The notes beneath the pieces were generated by a model, which searched no databases, was not told the origin of the DNA, and worked only from the letters and a program-made list of their open reading frames with translations. DNA of 64,000 bases, from assembly GCA_963806225.1 (NCBI GenBank), contig CAWDXG010000003.1:64001-128000 (forward strand), written 5' to 3'. The DNA comes from an uncultured delta proteobacterium (GTDB taxonomy: Bacteria; Myxococcota_A; Polyangia; Polyangiales; Polyangiaceae). The position numbers and the translations under genes were made by a program. This document shows positions 32,618-41,934 of this stretch, piece after piece; positions within the stretch are counted from its first letter, which is position 1; every line of letters begins with the position of its first letter.

Positions 32618-33950
32618 ATGTTCCGTCGATCTGAAATCTCCGCCAAGGAAGTCCACGACACCCTGCGCCAGCACATGCTGGTCGACGGCTACCCGATCGT
32701 CGTGGACATGGAGAACAGTCAACGCTCCTGGGTCCGCGATCTCGTCACCGGCAGGGATTACCTCGATTTCTTCAGCTTCTTCGCGTCCAATCCGATCGGC
32801 TTCAACCACCCGAGCATGCTGGACGAGGACACGCAGCAGCGTCTCGCCCGGGTCGGCACGACGAAGGTATCGAATTCCGACTACTACACCACTTTCATGG
32901 CCGAGTTCGTCGCCACGCTGGGGCGCACGGCCGCGCCGAAGAGCATGCCGCACTTCTTCTTCGTCGACGGCGGCGCGCTGGCGGTCGAAAACGCCATGAA
33001 GGTTGCGTTCGACTGGAAGGTGCGTCGGAACCTCGCCGCGGGCAAAGGCGAGAAGGGGAAGAAGATCCTGCACCTCCGCCACGCCTTCCACGGCCGCAGC
33101 GGCTACACGATGAGCGTTACCAATACCGATCCGGTCAAGACGCGCTACTTCCCGCAGTTCGACTGGCCGCGCATCCCGTCGCCGGCCATCCGCTTCCCGC
33201 TCGAAGGCGAGAACCTGGCGCAGGCGATCGAGCTGGAACGGGAGTCCATCGCAGCGGCCGACGCGTGCCTTCGACCAGGATCCCGACGACATCGCGGCGA
33301 TCCTGGTCGAGCCGATCCAGGGCGAAGGCGGCGACAACCACTTCCGCGCGGAGTATCTCCAGGCGCTACGGCGCCTGGCCGACGAACGGGACGCGCTCTT
33401 GATCTTCGACGAGGTGCAGACGGGGCTCGGGCTCACCGGCAGCTGGTGGGTCTACGAGCAGCTGGGCGTCGAACCCGACATCCTCTGCTTCGCCAAGAAG
33501 ATGCAGGTGGGCGGCCTGTTCGCCGGCCCCCGCATCGACGAGGTCGCGGACAACGTCTTCAAGGTGCCGAGCCGCATCAACAGCACCTGGGGCGCGTCGC
33601 TGAGCGACATGGTGCGCTGCACCCACATCCTCGAGATCATCGTGAACGAGAATCTGCTCGACAACGCGCGCGATCGCGGCGCAGAGCTGCTCGCCGGGCT
33701 CGGACGCATCCGGGGACGCTACGACGGCGTCGTCGACAACCCGCGCGGACGCGGCCTGATGTGCGCCATCGACGTGCCGAGCACGGAGCTGCGCAACAAG
33801 GTGGTACGCCGCTGCTTCGAGGACGGCATGATCGTCCTGCCGTGCGGCGATCGCTCGGTGCGTTTCAGGCCGACGCTGACCGTTACCAGCGACGCCATCG
33901 CCGAAGGCGTGGAACGCCTCGACAAGGCGATCGGCGAGGTCGTCGGCTAG
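32618..33950 (+). CDS. lat: L-lysine 6-aminotransferase (class III PLP aminotransferase); apparent frameshift near 33270
   Basis: YLDFFSFFASNPIGFNHP, GGALAVENAMKVAFDWK, AFHGRSGYTMS, EPIQGEGGDNH, DEVQTG, FAKKMQ, SRINSTWG. Confidence 0.92.
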
Positions 33951-33968
33951 CCCGCGCGCGCTTCCGCT

Positions 33969-34457
33969 CTAGTCATCATCCTTCTTCGCCGACTTCGACG
34001 GCAGCGCCTGCGGCTTGTCCGTCGCAGCGCCCTCGTCGAGCGCCTCGCGCTTGACGCCGCGCGTGCGGAGTTCCTTGTCCACGCGCTCGCCCAGGGTGTT
34101 GGCCAGACGCGCCAGCAGATCGGGGACCTCGTCGAGCAAGCGCGCCCAGGTGTTGCTCGAGTCGGCGTCCACGGTGAGCACGTGCGCGTGCCCGTCCTTG
34201 CCGACCGCGATGGCCGCGACCGGATCGAGCTCGATCGCGCCGCCCGCGCCGTCAACGCCGCTGTCGCCGCCCACCTTGGAGCCGTGCGCGCCGGCCTGGC
34301 CGCTGGCCGCACCGAACGCGAGCTTGAGCCGGTGCACCGGGATGACCGTGGCGTCGCCCGCCTGCTGCGCTTCGCCGATGATGGTTTCGCTGCGCGAGAC
34401 CCCGTGGATCCCGTCGAGTAGGTTGTTCACGATGTCGGTGATTTTCGCGTCGCTCAT
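33969..34457 (-). CDS. GerW/YtfJ-family protein
   Basis: SETIIGE, VIPVHRLKLAFGAASG, GAGGAIELDPVAAIAV. Confidence 0.8.
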   Translation of the reverse strand: MSDAKITDIVNNLLDGIHGVSRSETIIGEAQQAGDATVIPVHRLKLAFGAASGQAGAHGSKVGGDSGVDGAGGAIELDPVAAIAVGKDGHAHVLTVDADSSNTWARLLDEVPDLLARLANTLGERVDKELRTRGVKREALDEGAATDKPQALPSKSAKKDDD

Positions 34458-35116
34458 GTCGACTCCGTCGCTCCCCTCGCGGGCGGCTTCCGCCTACGGA
34501 TCCTCAGGTTGGTTACCACGTAGATCGCACTGTCGAGCACAAAAAGCCCGGGCCTGATGCGGATCTTCCCGACCAGCGCGACCTGTGCCTGATCCAGCGA
34601 CTCCCAGGATGGCGTCTGCCGGATAACGATGGGCGGCGGCAGCACGCCGCTGACCATGTAGACCGCACCCAGCACCTTGCCGGTGAGGGCCACGTCCTCG
34701 AAGGAGTACTCGAGATCGACTTCCAGGAGCTCCACCCACACGCGCCGCCGCTCGCGGACGATGAACAGCGCCAGATCCAGCGGGTCGAACCAGCGCGAGA
34801 GCCGCGCATAGCCCCCTCGCACGCTCTTCACGGCTCCGCGTTCCTGCTCCGGTTCCTCTTCCTTCGTCTTCAAGAGCTCTAGAAGCGGCCGTTGCCAGAT
34901 CTGCTTTCCAAACAGGTGCAGCTGCGCCGTCGGCGTCACGCCCTGCGCCCCCAGCCCGCTCAGCGCCAGCGGCCCGAGCTGTCCGCCGCCCGCGAGCATC
35001 CAGCTCCCCGACGGATCGCCGCGCCCCTGCAGGCTCAGGTGCAGGCGCAACGGCAAGAGCACCAGCACAACGCCGATCAACAGAACGGCGAGCGCGATCC
35101 ACGCGAGCCAGGTCAA
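34454..35116 (-). CDS. Membrane-anchored YtfI/DUF2953-like protein
   Basis: N-terminal TM; EDVALTGKVLGAVY motif; flanked by YtfJ-family genes. Confidence 0.6.
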   Translation of the reverse strand: MTWLAWIALAVLLIGVVLVLLPLRLHLSLQGRGDPSGSWMLAGGGQLGPLALSGLGAQGVTPTAQLHLFGKQIWQRPLLELLKTKEEEPEQERGAVKSVRGGYARLSRWFDPLDLALFIVRERRRVWVELLEVDLEYSFEDVALTGKVLGAVYMVSGVLPPPIVIRQTPSWESLDQAQVALVGKIRIRPGLFVLDSAIYVVTNLRIRRRKPPARGATEST

Positions 35117-35137
35117 GCGGTGAGCCCATCCGGGGGC

Positions 35138-35554
35138 TTACTTCCTGCCCTTGTTGTCGCCTGTACCGAGCGCTGGCGCCTTCGTCCCTGCGAGACGCGC
35201 TTTGTCCTCCCCCTCGGGCAGGATCTCGATGCCGCGGCGCATCACCGCGGTACGCCCGCGCTTGAGCGCCAGCATGTGCGGCACACCGTCTTCGCCGACC
35301 ACGACGAAGGCCTTCGGCTCGACCACCAGAGCACCGCCGGCGCCGCCGCCCTCGCCGCCAGCGTCGCCACTCGACTTCTCGCTCTGCCGCTTGCCGCCCA
35401 TGCTCCCGACCGCGGTTCCGAAGCCGATACTGACGCGGCTGAGCGGCACGACCTTGGCCTTGCCCGCGTCGCGCACGGTCCCCACCACCGTCTCGCTCTT
35501 CGAGACCTTGTTGAGCTCGGCCAGAAGACCCTTCACCAGCTTGTTCAGTTCCAT
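35138..35554 (-). CDS. GerW/YtfJ-family protein
   Basis: SETVVG, VVPLSRVSIGFGTAVG, GGGAGGALVVEPKAFVVV. Confidence 0.85.
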   Translation of the reverse strand: MELNKLVKGLLAELNKVSKSETVVGTVRDAGKAKVVPLSRVSIGFGTAVGSMGGKRQSEKSSGDAGGEGGGAGGALVVEPKAFVVVGEDGVPHMLALKRGRTAVMRRGIEILPEGEDKARLAGTKAPALGTGDNKGRK

Positions 35555-35671
35555 CTAGGGCATCCCCTCGGTTGGTCGGATATCGGCGGCGGGGACGCGC
35601 GGTCCCGTTCCGGCAATAGGATCACGGACAACGAAGCCCGTCAAAGGGCGCGCCGGCCACTGCTCGCCTGC

Positions 35672-36433
35672 TCAGCCGTTGCGGATGGCAGCTACGGCAG
35701 CCGGCAACACCGTGGCCACGTCCTCATCGATGCGCAACGTCGCCAGCCGGTCGTGCGGGGTCTGGCCGCGATTGACGATCACATAGGGCGCGCCGCGCCG
35801 CGCGCCGAACAGCGGGATGTCTGCCGCAGGTGTCACGACCAGTGACGAGCCCAGCGCCAGCACCAGGTCCGCCTGCTCGCTGGCCTGCCGGGCGCGCTCC
35901 AGAGCGCCCATGTCCAGCATCTGCCCGAACATCACGACAGCGGGCTTCATCAGCCCGCCGCATGCGGGGCAGGTCGGCGGGCGGCGCGTGCTCTCGAACT
36001 CGCGCATGCAGCGCCCGGGCTCCTCCCGTCGGCCGCACCCGATGCACTCCACTTCACTGTTCGTGCCGTGGAGCTCGATCAGCCGCTCACGCGACAGTCC
36101 CGCGGCCTGGTGCAATCCGTCCACGTTCTGCGTAACGACCAGACCCACCCGGCCCAGCTGTTCGAGCTCGGCGACGGCCTGGTGCGCGGCGCCCGGCCGC
36201 GCATCGCGGAACACCGCGTAGCCTTCCAGCTTGAAGTCCCAGTATTCGATGCGTGCTGCTTCGCTGGCGACAAAGTCCTGGTAGTAGACCGGCTGGCGCG
36301 TCTTCCACACTCCCTCGGGCCCGCGGAAGTCCGGAATGCCGCTGCCAGTCGAGACCCCGGCGCCTGTAAAGACCAGCGCACGGCGACAACTGGACAGTAG
36401 CTCGCACAGCTTCTGCACGGATCCATCCGACAT
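35672..36433 (-). CDS. Sir2-family NAD-dependent protein deacylase
   Basis: TGAGVSTGSGIPDFRGPEG, TQNVDGLH, ELHG, two CxxC, KPAVVMFG, GSSLVVTPAA. Confidence 0.95.
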   Translation of the reverse strand: MSDGSVQKLCELLSSCRRALVFTGAGVSTGSGIPDFRGPEGVWKTRQPVYYQDFVASEAARIEYWDFKLEGYAVFRDARPGAAHQAVAELEQLGRVGLVVTQNVDGLHQAAGLSRERLIELHGTNSEVECIGCGRREEPGRCMREFESTRRPPTCPACGGLMKPAVVMFGQMLDMGALERARQASEQADLVLALGSSLVVTPAADIPLFGARRGAPYVIVNRGQTPHDRLATLRIDEDVATVLPAAVAAIRNG

Positions 36434-36484
36434 CTCCGCCGCAAGCTAGATCGGTCGCGCCGGTCCCGCCACGGATCTGTCAGG

Positions 36485-37822
36485 ATGGGGCGCCCCATGC
36501 TCTCCGCCCCCCGTCGGAAGTGCATCCTCGCGCTGGCGCTGCCGATCATCGGCGGGATGGTGTCGCAGAACGTCCTGAACCTGGTCGACACGCTGATGGT
36601 CGGCTCGCTGGGGAACGCCGCGCTGGCAGCGGTCGGCATCGCGAGCTTCGCGAACTTCATGTGTACGGCGTTCATCACCGGCCTCGGCGCAGGCGTGCAG
36701 GCCATGGCCTCGCGGCGTTTCGGTGAAGGACAGCACGGCGCCAGCGCAGTGCCGCTCAACGGCGGGCTGGTGCTCGCGATCGTGCTGGGTCTGCCGCTGG
36801 GCGTGGCGTTGTTCGCTCTGGCACCAACGCTGATGCCGCTGCTCGTGCACCAGAAGCCGGTCGTAGCCCTCGCCGTGCCGTATCTGCAGGCGCGACTGGT
36901 CGCGATGGTGGCCATCGGGATGAACTTCGCGTTCCGCGGCTATTGGAACGGCGTCAACCGATCGGCGCTCTACTTCCGCACGCTCATCGTCATGCACGTG
37001 AGCAATATCGCGCTCAACTGGGTGTTCATCTACGGCAAGCTCGGCGCGCCAGCGCTCGGCAGCACGGGCGCCGGCGTCGCCAGCGCGATGGCGACCTGGA
37101 TCGGCACGCTGACGTACATGGCCCTCGCGTTCAGGCACGCGCGCGCGGCCGGCTTCCTGCGCAGATTGCCGGACCGCCGCAGCATGCTCACCACGCTGCG
37201 GTTGGCCGTCCCTGCAGGGCTCCAGCAGCTGTTCTTCGCGGCCGGCATGACCGCCTTCTTCGCCCTCATCGGCCGGGTCGGCACGGCCGAGCTCGCCGCC
37301 TCCAACGTGCTGCTCAATCTGCTGCTGGTCGCCCTGCTGCCCGCGATGGGTTTCGGTCTGGCGTCGGCTTCGCTGGTCGGACAGGCGCTGGGAAGCGGTG
37401 ATGCCGACGACGCGCGACGCTGGGCGTGGGATGTGGTGAAGCTGGCCGTGGCGGTGGTCGCGCTGATCTCCCTTCCGGCTCTCGCGATGCCGGACCTGTT
37501 CCTCTCCGCCTTCCTGCACGACGCGGCCACCCGGCACATGGCGGACTGGCCGCTCCGGATCATCGCGCTGGGCATGCCGGTGGACGCAGTCGGCATCATC
37601 CTGATGCAGAGCCTGATGGGAGCCGGCGACACGCGGAGCGTGCTGTACGTGTCGGTCGCACTGCAATGGCTGCTCGAGCTCCCCGCGCTGTACCTGGTCG
37701 GTCCCGTGCTGGGCGGCGGGCTCGTCGCCATCTGGCTCGTCCAGCTCGGCTACCGGCTGTCGAGCGCAGGTGTGTTCGCCGCGCTGTGGCACCGCGGTCG
37801 CTGGCGCACGATCCAGGTCTGA
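36485..37822 (+). CDS. MATE-family efflux transporter
   Basis: LALPII...VDTLMVGSLGNAALAAVG, NIALNWVFIYG, SLVGQALG, GAGDTR; about 12 TM segments. Confidence 0.93.
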   Translation: MGRPMLSAPRRKCILALALPIIGGMVSQNVLNLVDTLMVGSLGNAALAAVGIASFANFMCTAFITGLGAGVQAMASRRFGEGQHGASAVPLNGGLVLAIVLGLPLGVALFALAPTLMPLLVHQKPVVALAVPYLQARLVAMVAIGMNFAFRGYWNGVNRSALYFRTLIVMHVSNIALNWVFIYGKLGAPALGSTGAGVASAMATWIGTLTYMALAFRHARAAGFLRRLPDRRSMLTTLRLAVPAGLQQLFFAAGMTAFFALIGRVGTAELAASNVLLNLLLVALLPAMGFGLASASLVGQALGSGDADDARRWAWDVVKLAVAVVALISLPALAMPDLFLSAFLHDAATRHMADWPLRIIALGMPVDAVGIILMQSLMGAGDTRSVLYVSVALQWLLELPALYLVGPVLGGGLVAIWLVQLGYRLSSAGVFAALWHRGRWRTIQV

Positions 37823-37896
37823 TCCCGCGGAAGATCCGCCCCGGCACGCCCCGACCCACCGGCCGCTCCGCCCGGTGCCTGACCCAGGTCATCGCT

Positions 37897-37915
37897 ATTG
37901 ATATTGACTTTCAAT
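37897..37915. promoter_or_regulatory. Fur-box-like 19-bp AT-rich inverted repeat
   Basis: ATTGATATTGACTTTCAAT (ATTGA-N9-TCAAT), 55 bp upstream of the 37971 ATG. Confidence 0.65.
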
Positions 37916-37970
37916 TTCATGAAGACCATGTTCCTCGCGGTGGCCGGGGCAGATCCGGCCGGTACCCTTC

Positions 37971-38801
37971 ATGCAGACTCCCGATCCCACCTGTCTTCGC
38001 GCACTCCCGACCCGTCTGGCCGCGGCGACCGCGCTCGTCCTCGCGTTCCTGCTGCCGGGCCGTGCCCACGCAACCCAGCGTCACTTCGCCTACACGTACG
38101 AGTCTGGAGTCCTCAATCCTGGCGACGCGGAGCTGGAACCGTGGACGACGTTCCGGCACGGGCGCAGCGGCTACTACTCGGCGTTCGACCAGCGCCTCGA
38201 GTTCGAGATGGGGCTGGCGAAGAACCTCCAGACCTCGCTCTACTGGAACTTCTCGTCGGTCACCGAGGATACCGCCGGCGTGCGCAGCACGGGCTTCGAG
38301 GGACAGGGCGTTTCGTCCGAGTGGAAGTACAAGCTGAGCGACCCGATGGCCGACGCAGTCGGGTCGGCTGTCTACCTCGAGGGGACCGCGGGCACGAACA
38401 GCGCCGAAGTCGAAGCCAAGCTGATCCTCGACAAGCGTGCGGGGCCGTGGCTCGTCGCTCTCAACCTGGTCGGCGACCACGAGTGGAAGTGGACCGGGCA
38501 CGGCAAGACGATCCGCGAGGCCGGCTTCGAACTCGACCTGGGCGCCGGCTATCAGGTCACCGATGCATTCTTCGCAGGCATCGAGGCGCGCGGCGTAGGC
38601 GAGTTCGAGGACGCCGACGAGCTCGAGAGCGCCACGGTCTTTGCCGGCCCCACCCTCGGCGTCGCGCGTGACAGCTGGTGGTTCAGCCTGAGCTTCACGC
38701 CGCAGCTCGGCGCGTTGAAAGGCGCCACGCGCGGCAGCCACCTGGATCTCGACCACCAGGAGCGCGTACAAGCGCGCGTCGTCATGGGTTTCCACCTCTG
38801 A
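37971..38801 (+). CDS. Putative outer-membrane beta-barrel (porin-like) protein
   Basis: Signal peptide ending AHA; alternating amphipathic strands (EVEAKLILDK, ELDLGAGYQV, FSLSFTPQ); C-terminal VVMGFHL. Confidence 0.7.
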   Translation: MQTPDPTCLRALPTRLAAATALVLAFLLPGRAHATQRHFAYTYESGVLNPGDAELEPWTTFRHGRSGYYSAFDQRLEFEMGLAKNLQTSLYWNFSSVTEDTAGVRSTGFEGQGVSSEWKYKLSDPMADAVGSAVYLEGTAGTNSAEVEAKLILDKRAGPWLVALNLVGDHEWKWTGHGKTIREAGFELDLGAGYQVTDAFFAGIEARGVGEFEDADELESATVFAGPTLGVARDSWWFSLSFTPQLGALKGATRGSHLDLDHQERVQARVVMGFHL

Positions 38802-38808
38802 GCAGACC

Positions 38809-39171
38809 ATGTCCGATCGTCTCCGTTTCCTGCTTGCCGCCCTGTGCACCGCGATCATCGTCGCGGGCGGATCCGCATGCGCCGCCGCGCTGGCCGAGCC
38901 GACCCAGCGCGATGCGAGCTACGCCGCGCAACGCTGGCCCGGCACCACGCTTGCGGAGCTACAGCAGGGGCGCGCGTTGTTCGTCCAGACCTGCGCGGGC
39001 TGCCATGCGCTCAAGGACCCCACATCCCACTCGCCTTCCGAGTGGGAGGCGGAAGTCCAGCAGATGCGTGGCAAAAAGGGCGTAGCGCTCGACGATCACC
39101 AGGCCGAGCTGATCATCCGCTACCTCTCCACGGTCGGCTCGAGGCACGACGGACAGGTCGCCGAGCGCTAG
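38809..39171 (+). CDS. Exported monoheme cytochrome c
   Basis: Signal peptide; CAGCH heme motif; downstream Met (EWEAEVQQM). Confidence 0.85.
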   Translation: MSDRLRFLLAALCTAIIVAGGSACAAALAEPTQRDASYAAQRWPGTTLAELQQGRALFVQTCAGCHALKDPTSHSPSEWEAEVQQMRGKKGVALDDHQAELIIRYLSTVGSRHDGQVAER

Positions 39172-39223
39172 CCTGCAGCGCCGGCTGCGCACCGCTTTCG
39201 GCAAGTGCGGTTGAAAACGGAGG

Positions 39224-40219
39224 CTAGACCGTCAAGACCGCCGCGCCACTGAAGCGACCGTGCCTCAGGTCGTCGAGAGCGCGGTTGGCATCGGGCAGCT
39301 GGTAGGAGTGGACTTCGGTCTCGACCGGAATTCGCGGCGCCATCTCCAGGAACTCCTCGCCGTCGAGCCGCGTGAGGTTGGCGACGGAACGCAGGATGCG
39401 TTCGCCCCACAGCACGTCGTACGGGATCGACGGGATGTCGCTCATGTGGATGCCGGCACAGACCACGCTGCCACCCTTGGCGACGGCCTTGAGCGCGCGC
39501 GGCACCAGCGTGCCGGCCGGAGCGAAGATGATGGCCGCGTCGAGCTCCTCGGGGGGAGCCTCGTCGGAACCGCCCGCCCACTCCGCGCCCAGCCGCCGCG
39601 CGAACTCCTGCCCTGCGGCGTCGCCGGGACGCGTGAAGGCGAACACACGCCGCCCTTCGTGGCGGGCGACCTGCGAGACGATGTGGGCGGACGCGCCGAA
39701 GCCGTACAGACCGAGGCGCTCCGCGCCGTCGGTCATCACGAGCGATCGATAGCCGATGAGTCCGGCGCACAGCAGCGGCGCCACCTGCAGATCGGGATAG
39801 GAGCCCGGCAGCGGCAGCGCGAAGCGCGAATCGACCAACGTGTACTCGGCGTAGCCGCCGTCGACCTGGTAGCCGGTGAAGCGCGCGTCGTCGCAGAGGT
39901 TCTCCCGCTCGCTCAGACAATAGCGGCAGCTGCCGCATGTGGTGCCGAGCCATGGAACACCGATGCGCTGTCCCTCGGTGTAGCCGTCGACACCGTCACC
40001 TGAGACCGCAACCGTACCGACGATCTGGTGACCGAGCACCAGCGGCAGCTTGGCCTCCGACAGCTCGCCGTCCAGAACGTGCAGGTCCGTGCGGCACACG
40101 CCGCAGCTGCGCACGCGAAGGAGCAATTGCCCGGGGCCCGGAACGGGGATCGGCAACTCCGTCTCGCGAAGTGGCTCGCCTGGTGCCTCGAGCACCATCG
40201 CGCGCATCGTTCCAGCCAA
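39224..40219 (-). CDS. Zinc-dependent alcohol dehydrogenase
   Basis: CGVCRTDLH, GHQIVG, CGSCRYC...NLC, APLLCAGLIGYR, GLYGFGASA. Confidence 0.95.
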   Translation of the reverse strand: MAGTMRAMVLEAPGEPLRETELPIPVPGPGQLLLRVRSCGVCRTDLHVLDGELSEAKLPLVLGHQIVGTVAVSGDGVDGYTEGQRIGVPWLGTTCGSCRYCLSERENLCDDARFTGYQVDGGYAEYTLVDSRFALPLPGSYPDLQVAPLLCAGLIGYRSLVMTDGAERLGLYGFGASAHIVSQVARHEGRRVFAFTRPGDAAGQEFARRLGAEWAGGSDEAPPEELDAAIIFAPAGTLVPRALKAVAKGGSVVCAGIHMSDIPSIPYDVLWGERILRSVANLTRLDGEEFLEMAPRIPVETEVHSYQLPDANRALDDLRHGRFSGAAVLTV

Positions 40220-40349
40220 TCCCTCCTCCTCTCCGCCGAGACTACTGCATCCAGCGGAGCGAACGAAGCGGCTGTTTCATTCCTGGAGTCCGCCCCACCC
40301 GGACCGCGCTCCGGGCGGGGCGTCCGGCGGCGCCGGGGGCGTGGGGCAG

Positions 40350-40985
40350 CTACGGGAACGCCGGGCACTGGCCACTGGAGTCGGGCTTCATGCACTGGTT
40401 CGTGCAACCTGGCGTGCCGCACGGATAGCAGCACTTCAGGCCGTTCTGGCAGTCGTTATCGCCCTGGCAGGCCGCCCCGGAGCCAGCGTCGCCGGCGTGC
40501 ATACACGCCGTGTCGTTGGTGTCGTCGGTACCGGCCGCGTGGGCCGCGCACGCGTTGCAGTAGAACTTTCCGTCGCAGCCGCACACGCCCGGGCAATCCG
40601 CGGTGCAGCCCTGGGGCTTCGCGCGGCAGTAGCCGCCGCCATCGTCACCACCGCAGTAGTTCTTCCCCGACGGCTGGGATGGCGCGTAGTCACACCATTC
40701 GTCCTGTCCGCAGCTGATACCGGCGATGGTGCCGCAGATCTTCGAGCCCGCGTCGCCGCCGCCCGAGCCGCCGGTGCCCGCCGTGCCGCCGCCGCCCGAG
40801 CCTGCCGCGCCGCTCCCTCCGGCCCCGTCTCCCGCTGTGCCAGCTGTGCCAGCCACGCCACCGCTGCCCGTGCCGGCCCCACCGTCGTGGCCCGCGCTCC
40901 CCCCGGTCGTCGAGCTGCCACCGCAGCCCACCGCTGCCGCCGCGCAGCAAACCAGCAAAGTCCAAGCTCGATACCTGTAGCTCAC
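40350..40985 (-). CDS. Cys-rich lipoprotein with a Gly/Ala/Thr linker and Kazal-like module
   Basis: Lipobox AVGC, GAGG-type low-complexity linker, VCGCDGKFYCNACAA; GGAGG RBS before GTG 40985. Confidence 0.8.
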   Translation of the reverse strand: MSYRYRAWTLLVCCAAAAVGCGGSSTTGGSAGHDGGAGTGSGGVAGTAGTAGDGAGGSGAAGSGGGGTAGTGGSGGGDAGSKICGTIAGISCGQDEWCDYAPSQPSGKNYCGGDDGGGYCRAKPQGCTADCPGVCGCDGKFYCNACAAHAAGTDDTNDTACMHAGDAGSGAACQGDNDCQNGLKCCYPCGTPGCTNQCMKPDSSGQCPAFP

Positions 40986-41119
40986 GGTCCTGCCTCCATT
41001 CCGAACGCCCAGCATCCGGCTGCCCTGCCCAGCAAAGGACGGGCCAGTCTCGCGGTCGGCCACCCGGTTGAGCTGGGAACCGGCCGCAGATCGTGGTTTG
41101 TCGGGTAGACTGGCAAGGC

Positions 41120-41806
41120 ATGGCGCGCAGCATCGATCAGCTCGTAAACCAGCAGGTGCTCCGATGGGCCACCGAAGCCAAGGCCACCGCCGAGCGCGAG
41201 AGCGGGCGGGTCGAGCAGCAGCAACCCATGATCACCATCTCCCGCGAGTTCGGCGGGCGGGGAGCGGAGATCGGCAAGCTGGTCGCCGAACGCCTCGGCT
41301 TCCGCTTCTACGCACAGGAGATCGTCCACGAGATCGCGCGCCAGGCCCACGTCCGGCAGCAGCTGGTCGAATCACTGGACGAACGCCTGCAGGATCGCAT
41401 CGGACAGTGGGTTACCGAAATGATGCAGGGAGGCGTCTTCGCTCCCAGCGACTATCTGTGGAACCTGTCGCAGGTCGTCGTCACGCTCGGCCGCCACGGC
41501 CGTGGCGTCATCATCGGTCGGGGCGCGCATCTGATCCTCGCTCCGGAGAGCACGCTGCGCGTGCGCGCCTACGCGCCGCTGGAGACGCGCATCGAATATG
41601 TCATGGACCGCGAGGGCCTGGACCGGGCGGAAGCGCGCGCCTTCATGCTCAAGGTCGACGCCGAACGCATGGCCTTCTACCGCCAGCACTTCAACGTCGA
41701 AGTAGCCGACCGGCTACTTTACGACGTGATGCTCAACACCGGAACGCTGAGCGTCGACCTCTGCGCCGATCTGGTAGCGAAAGCCTTCCGCACGCGCTTC
41801 GGTTGA
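41120..41806 (+). CDS. Cytidylate kinase-like family protein
   Basis: ITISREFGGRGAEIGKLVAERLG, VIIGRGAHLIL, YDVMLNT. Confidence 0.88.
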   Translation: MARSIDQLVNQQVLRWATEAKATAERESGRVEQQQPMITISREFGGRGAEIGKLVAERLGFRFYAQEIVHEIARQAHVRQQLVESLDERLQDRIGQWVTEMMQGGVFAPSDYLWNLSQVVVTLGRHGRGVIIGRGAHLILAPESTLRVRAYAPLETRIEYVMDREGLDRAEARAFMLKVDAERMAFYRQHFNVEVADRLLYDVMLNTGTLSVDLCADLVAKAFRTRFG

Positions 41807-41934
41807 GCTCCCTCCCCGCCGTCGCAAAGGCTCCGGGCGACGGGGCTGCCCAGAGCCGCCAAAAGGTGCTACGTGCGTCGGCCGGCCGCGCCCCTCCCGG
41901 GCGCAGGCGTAGCCCGGAAACCCGCTGATTTGTC

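Noticed and set aside
35672..36433. Sir2 anti-phage defence effector (Thoeris/DSR type)
   Set aside because: Canonical Zn-binding CobB/SIRT-type deacylase of normal length with no defence partner genes nearby.
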